Shown here one piece after another: positions 18,552-28,271 of a stretch of 32,000 nt of DNA. This DNA comes from Dickeya dadantii NCPPB 898. Its GTDB lineage: Bacteria; Pseudomonadota; Gammaproteobacteria; Enterobacterales; Enterobacteriaceae. The stretch spans positions 2,173,543 to 2,205,542 of the forward strand of contig NZ_CM001976.1 of the NCBI RefSeq assembly GCF_000406145.1, written 5' to 3'. Numbering within the stretch: position 1 is the stretch's first letter; each line of letters starts with the position of its first letter. The notes beneath the pieces were generated by a model, which saw only the letters and a program-made list of their open reading frames with translations, searched no databases and was not told the DNA's origin. Made by a program: the position numbers and the translations under genes.

Positions 18552-19870
18552 GTGATTTTTCCCAGACCGTACCCGAACTGGTTGCCTGGGCGAGAAAAAA
18601 TGACTTCGCCATTACGCTGCCCACCGAGCGTCTGGCGTTTTTGCTGGCTATCGCCACCCTGAACGGCGAGCGCATGGACGGCGAAATGAGCGAGGGGGAA
18701 CTGGTGGACGCCTTTCGTCACGTCAGTAAGGGCTTCGAGCAGACCAACGAAACCATTCCGGTGCGCGCCAATAATGCGATCAACGATCTGGTGCGTCAGC
18801 GTCTGATCAACCGTTTTACCAGCGAACTGGCGGACGGCAACGCGATTTACCGCCTGACGCCGCTGGGGATCGGCATCACTGATTATTACATTCGTCAGCG
18901 CGAGTTTTCCGCGCTGCGCCTGTCGATGCAACTGTCGATCGTGGCGCAGGAACTGGGGCGGGCGGCGGAAGCGGCCGAAGAGGGCGGCGATGAGTTCCAC
19001 TGGCACCGCAACGTGTTCGCTCCGCTCAAGTATTCGGTGGCGGAGATTTTCGACAGCATCGACCTGTCGCAGCGGGTAATGGATGAGCAGCAGCAAGGAG
19101 TGAAAGAGAATATCGCCGGGCTGCTCAATCAGGACTGGCGCGCCGCGATTTCCAGTTGCGAAAAGCTGCTGACCGAGACTTCCGATACCCTGCGGGAATT
19201 GCAGGATACGCTGGAAGCGGCGGGCGACAAGCTACAGACCAGTCTGCTGCGTATTCAGGACGCCACGCTCGGTAAGGCGGAGCTGGCGTTTGTCGACAAT
19301 CTGGTCTTCGACCTGCAGGGCAAACTCGACCGCATCATTAGCTGGGGTCAGCAGAGCATCGACCTGTGGATCGGCTACGACCGCCACGTGCACAAATTCA
19401 TCCGTACCGCCATCGATATGGATAAAAACCGCGTGTTTTCGCAGCGTTTGCGCCAGTCGGTACAGAGCTATTTCGAGGCGCCGTGGGCGCTGACTTACGC
19501 CAATGCCGACCGTCTGCTGGATATGCGCGACGAGGAGCTGGCGCTGCGTTCCGAAGAGGTCACCGGCGAATTGCCGCCGGACCTGGAGTATGAAGCCTTC
19601 AGCGAAATCCGCGAGCAGATCGCCGCGATGATCGAGCAGGCGCTACAGAAATACAAACAGCAACAAATACCGCTTAATCTGGGCGACGTAGTGCGGGAGT
19701 ACCTGACGCAGTACCCGCGCTCGCAGCATTTCGATGTTGCCCGAATCGTGGTCGACCAGGCGGTTCGCCTGGGCGTGGCCGAAGCTGATTTCACAGGATT
19801 GCCTGCGCTGTGGCAGGCAATCAATGATTACGGAGCCAAGGTGCAGGCCCATGTCATCGATAAATATTGA
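18548..19870 (+). CDS. mukF: Chromosome partition protein MukF (kleisin)
   Basis: 440 aa. [20 protein letters not shown]...[37 protein letters not shown] matches enterobacterial MukF, in the conserved cmoM-mukF-mukE-mukB order. Confidence 0.95.
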   Translation: MSDFSQTVPELVAWARKNDFAITLPTERLAFLLAIATLNGERMDGEMSEGELVDAFRHVSKGFEQTNETIPVRANNAINDLVRQRLINRFTSELADGNAIYRLTPLGIGITDYYIRQREFSALRLSMQLSIVAQELGRAAEAAEEGGDEFHWHRNVFAPLKYSVAEIFDSIDLSQRVMDEQQQGVKENIAGLLNQDWRAAISSCEKLLTETSDTLRELQDTLEAAGDKLQTSLLRIQDATLGKAELAFVDNLVFDLQGKLDRIISWGQQSIDLWIGYDRHVHKFIRTAIDMDKNRVFSQRLRQSVQSYFEAPWALTYANADRLLDMRDEELALRSEEVTGELPPDLEYEAFSEIREQIAAMIEQALQKYKQQQIPLNLGDVVREYLTQYPRSQHFDVARIVVDQAVRLGVAEADFTGLPALWQAINDYGAKVQAHVIDKY

Positions 19871-20585
19871 ACAACACGTATCCGCGCGGCTGATGACCGC
19901 GCTTTCCAACACCTTGTTTCCGGCGCTGGACAGTCAGTTGCGCGCCGGACGCCATATTGGCGTGGAAGAACTGGAAAATCACGTTTTCCTGATGGATTTT
20001 CAGGATGAGCTGGAACAGTTTTACGGCCGTTACAACGTGGAGCTGATTCGCGCGCCGGAAGGCTTTTTCTACCTGCGCCCGCGCTCCACCACGCTGATCC
20101 CGCGTTCGGTGCTGTCCGAGCTGGACATGATGGTGGGCAAGATCCTGTGCTACCTCTACCTCAGCCCGGAACGGCTGGCGCACGAGGGGATTTTCAGCCA
20201 GCAGGAGCTGTATGAGGAACTGCTGAGCCTGGCGGACGAAAACAAACTGCTGAAGCTGGTGAACCAGCGTTCCACCGGGTCGGACCTCGACCGGCAGAAA
20301 CTGCAGGAAAAAGTCCGCACCTCGCTCAACCGGTTACGCCGTCTCGGCATGATTTATTTCATGGGGGCCGACAGCAGCAAATTCCGCATTACCGAGGCGG
20401 TGTTCCGCTTCGGCGCCGATGTGCGCAGCGGCGACGATCCGCGTGAAGCGCAACTGCGGATGATTCGCGACGGCGAAGCCATGCCGGTTGATGGCAGCCT
20501 ATCGCTGGACGATAGCGAGGACGGCGACGGCGCCGGCGATAACGCTTCCAGTGATGATCAACGTGCTGAGGATGAACAGGAATGA
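19851..20585 (+). CDS. mukE: Chromosome partition protein MukE
   Basis: From the ATG at 19851, MSSINIEQ...[16 protein letters not shown]...[50 protein letters not shown] is nearly identical to E. coli MukE. It overlaps the mukF 3' end by 20 nt. The track's longer ORF from 19734 is an unsupported extension. Confidence 0.93.
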   Translation: MSSINIEQHVSARLMTALSNTLFPALDSQLRAGRHIGVEELENHVFLMDFQDELEQFYGRYNVELIRAPEGFFYLRPRSTTLIPRSVLSELDMMVGKILCYLYLSPERLAHEGIFSQQELYEELLSLADENKLLKLVNQRSTGSDLDRQKLQEKVRTSLNRLRRLGMIYFMGADSSKFRITEAVFRFGADVRSGDDPREAQLRMIRDGEAMPVDGSLSLDDSEDGDGAGDNASSDDQRAEDEQE

Positions 20586-23500
20586 TTGAACGCGGTAAAT
20601 TTCGCTCACTGACGCTGGTTAACTGGAACGGTTTCTTTGCCCGCACCTTTGATCTGGACGAACTGGTTACCACCCTGTCCGGGGGCAACGGCGCCGGGAA
20701 ATCCACCACTATGGCGGCGTTTATCACCGCGCTGATCCCGGACCTGACGCTGCTGCACTTCCGTAATACCACGGAAGCGGGCGCCACCAGCGGTTCCCGC
20801 GACAAGGGGCTGCACGGCAAGCTGCGCGCCGGCGTCTGTTACTCGGTGCTGGACGTGGTCAACTCCCGCCATCAGCGTGTGCTGGTCGGGGTTCGGTTGC
20901 AGCAGGTCGCCGGGCGCGACCGCAAGGTCGATATCAAACCCTTCACCATTCAGGGATTGCCGGTCGCCGTCTCGCCGACGCAAATCCTCACCCAGACGGT
21001 GGGCGAGCGTCAGGCGCGGGTCTTGTCATTGCAGGACGTGAAAGACCGGCTCGACGAGTACGAAGGCGTCCAGTTCAAGCAGTTCAACTCCATCACCGAT
21101 TACCATTCGCTGATGTTTGACCTTGGCGTCGTGCCGCGTCGGCTGCGTTCGGCATCGGACCGTAGCAAGTTCTACCGCCTGATCGAAGCCTCGCTGTACG
21201 GCGGGATTTCCAGCGCCATCACCCGCTCGTTGCGCGATTACCTGTTGCCGGAAAACAGCGGGGTGCGCAAAGCCTTCCAGGATATGGAAGCCGCGCTGCG
21301 CGAAAACCGCATGACGCTGGAAGCGATTCGCGTTACCCAGTCGGACCGCGACCTGTTCAAGCACCTGATTTCCGAGGCCACCTCCTACGTGGCGGCGGAT
21401 TACATGCGCCACGCCAACGAGCGCCGTATTCATCTGGATGGCTCGCTGGCGCTGAGACGTGAACTGTTCGCCAGCCGCAAGCAGTTGATTACCGAGCAGA
21501 CCCGTCATGTGGAAATGGCGCGTGAGCTGCAAGAGCAAAGCGGCGCCGAAAGCGATCTGGAAACCGATTATCAGGCCGCCAGCGATCACCTCAATCTGGT
21601 GCAGACCGCGATGCGTCAGCAGGAGAAGATCGAGCGTTACAACGCCGATCTGGAAGAGCTGAGCTACCGACTGGAAGAGCAAAACGAGGTGGTGGAAGAG
21701 GCGCGCGATCAACTGGAAGAGAGCGAAGCCCGCGCTGATGCCGCTGAGCAGGAAGTGGACGAACTGAAAAGCCAACTGGCCGACTACCAGCAGGCGCTGG
21801 ACGTGCAGCAGACGCGCGCCATTCAGTACAACCAGGCGCAGCAGGCGCTGGAGCGCGCCCGCAGCCTGTGCCAGGTGCCGGAACTGACGCCGGACAACGC
21901 CGATGAATGGCTAGACAGCTTCCAGGCCAAAGAGCAGGAAGCCACCGAACTGCTGTTGATGCTGGAGCAGAAACTGAGCGTGGCGGACGCCGCCAACAGC
22001 CAGTTCGAACAGGCGTACCAACTGGTGTGCCGCATTGCCGGCAGCATCAGCCGCAGCGAAGCCTGGGACGTGGCCCGCGACCTGCTGCGCGACAGTTCTT
22101 CCCAGCGTTATCTGGCCGAGCAGGTGCAGCCGCTGCGCATGCGGCTGTCGGAGCTGGAGCAACGCCAGCGCGAGCAGCAGGACGCCGAGCGTCTGTTGCA
22201 GGAGTTCGTTAAGCGCAGCGGTCAGGACTACCAGCCGGAAGATCTCGACGACCTGCAGCAGGAGCTGGAAGCCCGTATCGAAGACCTGTCCGTCCGCGTG
22301 TCGGAAGCCGGCGAGCACCGTCTGGCGCTGCGTCAGGAACTGGAACAAATTCAACAGCGTATCACGCAGCTGACCGCCCGCGCGCCGGTATGGCTGGCGG
22401 CGCAGGAAGCCCTGACCCAGCTTGGCGAGCAGAGCGGCGAAAACTTTGCCGACAGTCAGCAGGTCACCGAATTCATGCAGCAACTGCTGGAGCGTGAACG
22501 TGAAACCACGGTGGAGCGCGACAGCGTGGCGGTGCGCAAGCAGCAGGTGGATGCGCAGATTGAGCGCCTGAGCCAGCCGGGCGGTTCCGAAGATCCGCGC
22601 CTTAACGCGCTGGCGGAACGGTTTGGCGGGGTGCTGTTATCCGAAATTTATGACGACGTCACGCTGGATGACGCGCCGTACTTCTCCGCACTATACGGCC
22701 CGGCGCGTCATGCCATTGTGGTGGCGGATCTGTCGCTGGTGCGCGAACAGCTGGCCGGCCTGGACGATTGCCCGGAAGATCTCTACCTGATCGAAGGGGA
22801 TCCGCAATCGTTCGACGACAGCGTGTTCGAAGCGGAAGAGCTGGAAAAAGCGGTGGTGGTGAAAATCGCCGAGCGCCAGTGGCGCTATTCGCGCTTCCCT
22901 GAGGTGCCGTTGTTCGGCCGCGCCGCACGCGAGCAGCGGCTGGAGGGGTTGCGTGAAGAGCGCGAGCAACTGGCCGAGCAGTACGCCACGCTGTCGTTTG
23001 ACGTGCAGAAGATTCAGCGCCTGCATCAGGCGTTCAGCCGCTTTATCGGCAGCCACCTGGCGGTGGTGTTCGAATCGGATCCGGAAGCGGAGATGCGTCA
23101 GATCGGCAGCCGACGCAGCGAGCTGGAACGCGCCATCAGCAATTTCGATAACGAAAATCAGCAGCAGCGTCAGCAGTACGAACAAGCCAAAGAGCAGGCC
23201 GGCATGCTGAACCGCCTGATTCCGCGCATCAGTCTGCTGTGCGACGACGCGCTGGCGGATCGGGTGGAAGCGCTGCGCGAAGAGCTGGACGAAGCCGAAG
23301 AGGCGGCCCGTTTCATGCAGCAGCACGGCGCGTCGCTGGTGAAACTGGAACCGCTGGCGGCGGTGTTGCAGAACGACCCGCAACAGCATGAGCAGATGCG
23401 CGAAGATTACGCGCAGGCGCAGGCGGCGCAGCGCGCCGCCAAACAGCAGGCGTTCGCCCTGACCGAAGTGGTGCAGCGCCGCGCGCATTTCAGCTACACC

Positions 23501-25018
23501 GATTCGGCGGGCATGCTGAACGCCAACGCCGATCTCAACGATAAACTGCGTCAGCGGCTGGAGCAGGCGGAGCAGGAACGTACCCGCGCCCGCGAGCAAC
23601 TGCGTCAGCAGCAGGCGCAACTGACCCAGTACAGCCAGTTGCAGGCGTCGCTGAAGAGCTCTTATGACGCCAAACGCGACATGCTGAAGGAGCTGACGCA
23701 GGAGCTGTCGGACATCGGCGTGCGCGCCGATGCGGACGCCGAAGCGCGCGCCCGTCAGCGCCGCGACGAACTGCACGCGGCGCTGAGCGCCAACCGTTCC
23801 CGCCGCAATCAACTGGAGAAACAGATCACCTTCTGTGAAGCGGAAATGGACGGCCTGCAGAAGAAACTGCGCAAGCTGGAGCGAGATTACCACGTGATGC
23901 GTGAGCAGGTGGTGACCGCCAAAGCGGGCTGGTGTGCGGTGATGCGGCTGGTGAAAGACAACGGCGTCGAACGCCGTCTGCATCGTCGCGAACTGGCGTA
24001 CATGAACGGCGACGATCTACGCTCTATGTCGGATAAGGCGCTGGGGGCGTTGCGCCAGGCGGTGGCGGACAACGAACATCTGCGCGATGTGCTGCGCATG
24101 TCGGAAGACCCGAAACGGCCGGAGCGCAAAGTACAGTTCTACATCGCGGTGTACCAGCATCTGCGCGAGCGTATCCGTCAGGATATCATCCGCACCGATG
24201 ACCCGGTGGAAGCCATCGAACAGATGGAGATCGAGCTGAACCGGCTGACCGAAGAGCTGACCGCCCGCGAGAAGACGCTGGCGATCAGTTCCCGCAGCGT
24301 GGCGAACATCATCCGCAAGACCATTCAGCGCGAGCAGAACCGCATCCGCATGCTCAACCAGGGGCTGCAGGCGGTCGCGTTCGGTCAGGTGAAGAGCGTG
24401 CGGCTGAACGTCAACGTCCGTGAGACCCACACCACGCTGCTCAATGTGCTGTCCGAGCAGCAGGAACTGCATCAGGACCTGTTCAACAGTACCCGCCTGA
24501 CCTTCTCCGAAGCGCTGGCGAAGCTGTATCAGCGCCTGAACCCGGAAATCGACATGGGGCAGCGCACGCCGCAGACCATCGGCGAAGAGCTGCTGGATTA
24601 CCGCAACTATCTGGAGATGGAAGTGGAAGTCAACCGCGGCGCCGACGGCTGGCTGCGCGCCGAGAGCGGGGCGCTGTCCACCGGCGAGGCCATCGGTACC
24701 GGGATGTCGATTCTGGTGATGGTGGTGCAGAGCTGGGAAGAAGAATCCCGTCGCCTGCGTGGCAAGGACATTTCGCCGTGCCGTCTGCTGTTCCTCGACG
24801 AAGCGGCGCGTCTGGACGCCAAATCCATCGCCACCTTGTTCGAACTGTGCGAACGGCTGGAAATGCAGCTGATTATCGCCGCGCCGGAGAACATCAGCCC
24901 GGAAAAAGGCACCACCTACAAGCTGGTGCGAAAAGTGTTCCAGAACCACGAGCACGTGCACGTGGTCGGGCTGCGCGGATTTGGCGCCGAAACGAAAGAG
25001 AATCTGCCGACGCCGTAA
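20582..25018 (+). CDS. mukB: Chromosome partition protein MukB (SMC-like condensin ATPase)
   Basis: 1478 aa with an ATGA overlap with mukE. It has the N-terminal Walker [10 protein letters not shown], long coiled-coil Q/E/R/L-rich arms, and a C-terminal [10 protein letters not shown] Walker B region. It matches E. coli MukB (about 1486 aa). Confidence 0.97.
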   Translation: MIERGKFRSLTLVNWNGFFARTFDLDELVTTLSGGNGAGKSTTMAAFITALIPDLTLLHFRNTTEAGATSGSRDKGLHGKLRAGVCYSVLDVVNSRHQRVLVGVRLQQVAGRDRKVDIKPFTIQGLPVAVSPTQILTQTVGERQARVLSLQDVKDRLDEYEGVQFKQFNSITDYHSLMFDLGVVPRRLRSASDRSKFYRLIEASLYGGISSAITRSLRDYLLPENSGVRKAFQDMEAALRENRMTLEAIRVTQSDRDLFKHLISEATSYVAADYMRHANERRIHLDGSLALRRELFASRKQLITEQTRHVEMARELQEQSGAESDLETDYQAASDHLNLVQTAMRQQEKIERYNADLEELSYRLEEQNEVVEEARDQLEESEARADAAEQEVDELKSQLADYQQALDVQQTRAIQYNQAQQALERARSLCQVPELTPDNADEWLDSFQAKEQEATELLLMLEQKLSVADAANSQFEQAYQLVCRIAGSISRSEAWDVARDLLRDSSSQRYLAEQVQPLRMRLSELEQRQREQQDAERLLQEFVKRSGQDYQPEDLDDLQQELEARIEDLSVRVSEAGEHRLALRQELEQIQQRITQLTARAPVWLAAQEALTQLGEQSGENFADSQQVTEFMQQLLERERETTVERDSVAVRKQQVDAQIERLSQPGGSEDPRLNALAERFGGVLLSEIYDDVTLDDAPYFSALYGPARHAIVVADLSLVREQLAGLDDCPEDLYLIEGDPQSFDDSVFEAEELEKAVVVKIAERQWRYSRFPEVPLFGRAAREQRLEGLREEREQLAEQYATLSFDVQKIQRLHQAFSRFIGSHLAVVFESDPEAEMRQIGSRRSELERAISNFDNENQQQRQQYEQAKEQAGMLNRLIPRISLLCDDALADRVEALREELDEAEEAARFMQQHGASLVKLEPLAAVLQNDPQQHEQMREDYAQAQAAQRAAKQQAFALTEVVQRRAHFSYTDSAGMLNANADLNDKLRQRLEQAEQERTRAREQLRQQQAQLTQYSQLQASLKSSYDAKRDMLKELTQELSDIGVRADADAEARARQRRDELHAALSANRSRRNQLEKQITFCEAEMDGLQKKLRKLERDYHVMREQVVTAKAGWCAVMRLVKDNGVERRLHRRELAYMNGDDLRSMSDKALGALRQAVADNEHLRDVLRMSEDPKRPERKVQFYIAVYQHLRERIRQDIIRTDDPVEAIEQMEIELNRLTEELTAREKTLAISSRSVANIIRKTIQREQNRIRMLNQGLQAVAFGQVKSVRLNVNVRETHTTLLNVLSEQQELHQDLFNSTRLTFSEALAKLYQRLNPEIDMGQRTPQTIGEELLDYRNYLEMEVEVNRGADGWLRAESGALSTGEAIGTGMSILVMVVQSWEEESRRLRGKDISPCRLLFLDEAARLDAKSIATLFELCERLEMQLIIAAPENISPEKGTTYKLVRKVFQNHEHVHVVGLRGFGAETKENLPTP

Positions 25019-25062
25019 TCTCCTGGCGTCACTCTCCTCGGCATAACGCTCCTCTGCATAAT

Positions 25063-25091
25063 AATGCGCCATACCGTCGGTATGGCGCATT
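25063..25091 (+). terminator. Perfect 13-bp hairpin downstream of mukB (possible terminator or RNA-stabilising stem; no T-tract)
   Basis: AATGCGCCATACC (25063-25075), loop GTC, GGTATGGCGCATT (25079-25091). The following sequence, GTCCCTCGCG, is not U-rich. Confidence 0.45.
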
Positions 25092-25317
25092 GTCCCTCGC
25101 GATTCCCGTCTCTTCGCCGGTGCGGCATTTTCGTCTGCGCCTGCCGTGTTTTCATCCGAATGCGATTTTCCCCTTGGCAGGCGCGGCGTTTCGCCGAGTC
25201 ATACCGGCCTGCGTTACGTAATTTCTCTGTGGGCGTCAGCGCGGTGATAGTGCGGCGATCGCTGTTCCTCACCGCGCTGGCAATGCTATTCCGATGTGCA
25301 GACTCATGGAGATGAAC

Positions 25318-26757
25318 ATGGTAGACAGACTGACACCCTATAAACTGGCACCGCTGGCGGATGACGCGGTAGTGTCAAATTACGTGAAGAACATCAGCAA
25401 TTACGTGATGACCAACAACCCGAACGCCGAAGGGTATAACGCCCTGAACAAGTCGGGCATTCTGCTACAAACGCATGAAACGAAAAGATTTGGTCACAAT
25501 GCGATTTCCGCAGGCAAAGCCATCGGCACGATTCTGATCATTTCCAACCAACTGATGAGCGGGCTGGCGACCATGAAGGCGTGGGCGAAGACGTTGAGTG
25601 ACGCCGCGACGTCGGATGCAGTGAGATTTCAGAATGTCGAATGGCTGATCCATCTTCACCTGAATTCACCCTTGATGAATGACTGGGCTATCACCACCGG
25701 GGCGGCGAACCTGATCAAAGAGCTAGAGGCGCAGGGAAAAGGAACGGTAAAAATCCGTTTTGCCATTGATTGCAGCGCCTGGTTGATGAACCGGGAGCAT
25801 CGGAAACTGGACGATGCCGTCGCGCCCGCCGACGCAGATTTATCGAAAGTGAAAGGCAAATTGTCGTTGCGGGAGAGTCGGTTGAAAACCATACCCTATG
25901 GGCTGCTGCGAGCGTTTGGTTTGCACAAAGCTATGTTGCTGAATAATCGCCCCCAGAATGCTGCCGACGAAGCCCGCGACCTTTACCTGATTGTCGATGT
26001 GGAGCCGGGCGAGGCGTTGGTTCCTTATTTGGATACGCCGGATAAAGAGATTAGCAGCAACCGTGCGAAGTGCTTTCTGGCAACCTGGAATATGCTGAAC
26101 AGCGGTCGCAAAGTGGTCTATAACCGGTTGCAGTGGTTACCGCATTATGCCGGTAGCATGGCGTCGGAATGGTACAACATGAAATACCCTGACGGCGCGC
26201 CGATGGATAGCGTGAATGGCAAAGATATCCGAATCATCAAGAGCAATGAAACCAAGTTGAAAGTCGAGCTGGAGGTGAAAACCTGCATGGATAAACTGAC
26301 CGCGTTCCTGAATACCGCTGGTGTTGCCAGCCCTTATCCTAGCGAGCCTTTGCTGGGGTTCAGCATAAAGGATTATGCGTCTCCGCAGGTGATCACGGCG
26401 ATGCCGGGAACGACGGCTAAATCGAAGGTAGGAGCCGAACGGGAGTTCATTCTGGGCGGCAAGGCGGTGGCTTATGTGGAAGTGTGTGATGTCATGGGGC
26501 TCGGTGCCGGTGAAGGGCAGTCCCTGAAAGCGCATGTGGGGGGCAATAACGCGGACTATACCGCCACTCGGATTTGGACCTCCTCATGGGGAGCCTTAAA
26601 GGATATTGTCGCCAGCAAGCTGCGTCTGGAACGGGTGGAGTCCGGCGGTACGGTCAGCTATGAGGCCAAAGCGAAGATAACCGTGCAGGATCTGAAGGAT
26701 ATGGGTGGGGTCTATGTGGGCACAGATCCGGGAACGACCGTTATCGTTGATTTCTGA
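25318..26757 (+). CDS. Orphan hypothetical protein (about 480 aa); no family recognised
   Basis: Uninterrupted 487-codon ORF with only short competing ORFs. The ATG at 25318 has GGAG 6 nt upstream, and the ATGs at 25294, 25306 and 25312 are also in frame. There is no signal peptide or lipobox. One amphipathic/hydrophobic stretch is present (AISAGKAIGTILIISNQLMSGLATMKAW), and the C-terminal third is G/T/S/V-rich. By eye it is less GC-rich than mukB. Confidence 0.75.
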   Translation: MVDRLTPYKLAPLADDAVVSNYVKNISNYVMTNNPNAEGYNALNKSGILLQTHETKRFGHNAISAGKAIGTILIISNQLMSGLATMKAWAKTLSDAATSDAVRFQNVEWLIHLHLNSPLMNDWAITTGAANLIKELEAQGKGTVKIRFAIDCSAWLMNREHRKLDDAVAPADADLSKVKGKLSLRESRLKTIPYGLLRAFGLHKAMLLNNRPQNAADEARDLYLIVDVEPGEALVPYLDTPDKEISSNRAKCFLATWNMLNSGRKVVYNRLQWLPHYAGSMASEWYNMKYPDGAPMDSVNGKDIRIIKSNETKLKVELEVKTCMDKLTAFLNTAGVASPYPSEPLLGFSIKDYASPQVITAMPGTTAKSKVGAEREFILGGKAVAYVEVCDVMGLGAGEGQSLKAHVGGNNADYTATRIWTSSWGALKDIVASKLRLERVESGGTVSYEAKAKITVQDLKDMGGVYVGTDPGTTVIVDF

Positions 26758-26805
26758 GTGACGCACGCCGTCGTCGGGGCGGTATAATATTGATAACAAA
26801 CCTAT

Positions 26806-26833
26806 TCGGGCTGAGTGATACAGCCCGATTTTT
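26806..26833 (+). terminator. Rho-independent terminator after the orphan gene, ending at the nominal oxidase ATG
   Basis: Stem TCGGGCTG (26806-26813) pairs with CAGCCCGA (26821-26828) around a 7-nt loop, followed by TTTTT (26829-26833). The next base begins the ATG at 26834. Confidence 0.8.
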
Positions 26834-28171
26834 ATGGCGAAATGTATCAGGACGAATAAATTGAATATCAATGCATTACCTCTGGATGCCAACATCAATG
26901 GCTGGTCGGCGATGTTGCCGCCGCGAGTAGCGAAGCCGGCGCTGCGCCAGTCGATCACCGCCGACTGGCTGGTGATTGGCGCAGGTTACGCCGGGCTGGC
27001 GTTTGCCCGCCGGATAGCGGAAAACCGCCCGCATGAGCAGGTGGTGGTGTTGGATGCCGTTGACGTCGATGACAGCGCGTCCGCGCGCAATTCCGGGTTC
27101 GCCATCGACCTGCCGCACAATATCGGCAGTTCCACCGCGGAACTGGAAAAAGCCGCCAACTATCGCCGCCTGCTGCACGCCGGGTTAGCGCAACTGGAAA
27201 CGCTCATCGCTCGTTACGGCATTGATTGCGACTGGAACCGCCACGGTAAGTATCATTGTATTGTTCGTCCTGAACTGAATGGATTGCTGGAACAGTACAC
27301 CCACGAATTGCAGGCGTTGTCAGAACCCTACCAGCTATTGCAGGGCGATGCGCTGGCTCGCAAGCTGGGTACGTCCTATTACCATGCGGCGATCCATACG
27401 CCAAATTGCGTGTTGCTTAACCCGGCGGCATTGGTACGGGGGCTGGTGGATAGCCTGCCCGACAACGTAACGCTGTATGAGCGCTTGCCGGCGCTGGAGA
27501 TTCAGCCCGGCAAAACGGTGCGGGTGCGCACGCCTTACGGCGAGGTGCGTGCCAGGCAGTTGATGGTGGCGACTAACGGCTGCGCCCGGCAACTGCCGAT
27601 GTTCTCCCGTCAGGTGGTGGGGTTGTCGACGTTTGCCACGCTTACTGAACCGCTGACGGCGGAGCAGCAACAGCGTATCGGCCAGATTGACGAGTGGGGG
27701 ATGACGCCGGCCAATGCCATTGCGGGCGCCACGCTGCGCTATACCCGCGATCACCGCTTCCTGATTCGCCAGCATGTGACCTATGTGCCGAGTTACACTG
27801 TCACGTCACGCTACACCGCGGAGATAACGCGACGACATCAGGCGATCTTCCTGTCCCGCTTCCCGCAACTGGCCGAGGTGTCGATCGCCCATACCTGGTC
27901 CGGCATGATCAGCGTCACTCGTAATGGTGCGCCGGGTTGGGGAAAATACAGTGATAATCTGTATGCCGCCGTGGGGTGCAACGGCGCCGGCATCTCTAAG
28001 CAGACCATTGCCGGCAGCACGCTGGCGGACCTGGCGACCGGCGTCGATAATCCGCTGATTGCCGATATGCAGGCGCTAGGTCAACCCAGCTATATTCCGC
28101 CGCGTCCGTTGCTCGATATGGGCGTGCGCGGCAGTATTCTGAAAGAACGTTGGTTGGGGCGGAAGGAATAA
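26834..28171 (+). CDS. FAD-dependent oxidoreductase, DAO family, PuuB/PauB (gamma-glutamyl-polyamine oxidase)-like
   Basis: It has the Rossmann dinucleotide motif DWLVIGAGYAGLAFARR...VVVLDA. The C-terminal HTWSGMISVTRNGAPGWGK...LYAAVGCNGAGISKQTIAGSTLADL parallels E. coli PuuB (YRWTGNFLLTLSRMPQFGR...IYYMQGYSGHGVTCTHLAGRLIAEL). The start is ambiguous: ATG 26834 has no SD because the terminator occupies that space, while the in-frame TTG at 26861 has AGGA 8 nt upstream. Confidence 0.85.
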   Translation: MAKCIRTNKLNINALPLDANINGWSAMLPPRVAKPALRQSITADWLVIGAGYAGLAFARRIAENRPHEQVVVLDAVDVDDSASARNSGFAIDLPHNIGSSTAELEKAANYRRLLHAGLAQLETLIARYGIDCDWNRHGKYHCIVRPELNGLLEQYTHELQALSEPYQLLQGDALARKLGTSYYHAAIHTPNCVLLNPAALVRGLVDSLPDNVTLYERLPALEIQPGKTVRVRTPYGEVRARQLMVATNGCARQLPMFSRQVVGLSTFATLTEPLTAEQQQRIGQIDEWGMTPANAIAGATLRYTRDHRFLIRQHVTYVPSYTVTSRYTAEITRRHQAIFLSRFPQLAEVSIAHTWSGMISVTRNGAPGWGKYSDNLYAAVGCNGAGISKQTIAGSTLADLATGVDNPLIADMQALGQPSYIPPRPLLDMGVRGSILKERWLGRKE

Positions 28172-28271
28172 TCAGCCAGAACGCCGCTACGGATGGCGGC
28201 GGATCAAACCAGAATGATATTTCCCTCCATAACGGCGTCTCTGGGGTTGAATTTTCCGGGCGTTATTTTTA

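Noticed and set aside
20606-25090. Long minus-strand ORFs inside mukB (for example 21026-21775, 21911-22483, 22691-23983 at 430 aa, and 24017-25090 at 357 aa)
   Set aside because: They lie antisense to a gene whose product matches MukB end to end. Their translations are low-complexity R/Q/H/L-rich strings with no motifs. This is the expected stop-codon-poor antisense shadow of a GC-rich coiled-coil gene.
25277-25292. Sigma-54-like element CTGGCAATGCTATTCC upstream of the orphan gene
   Set aside because: The -24 TGGCA is fine, but the essential -12 GC is replaced (TTCC instead of TTGC), and there is no nearby enhancer-binding-protein gene.
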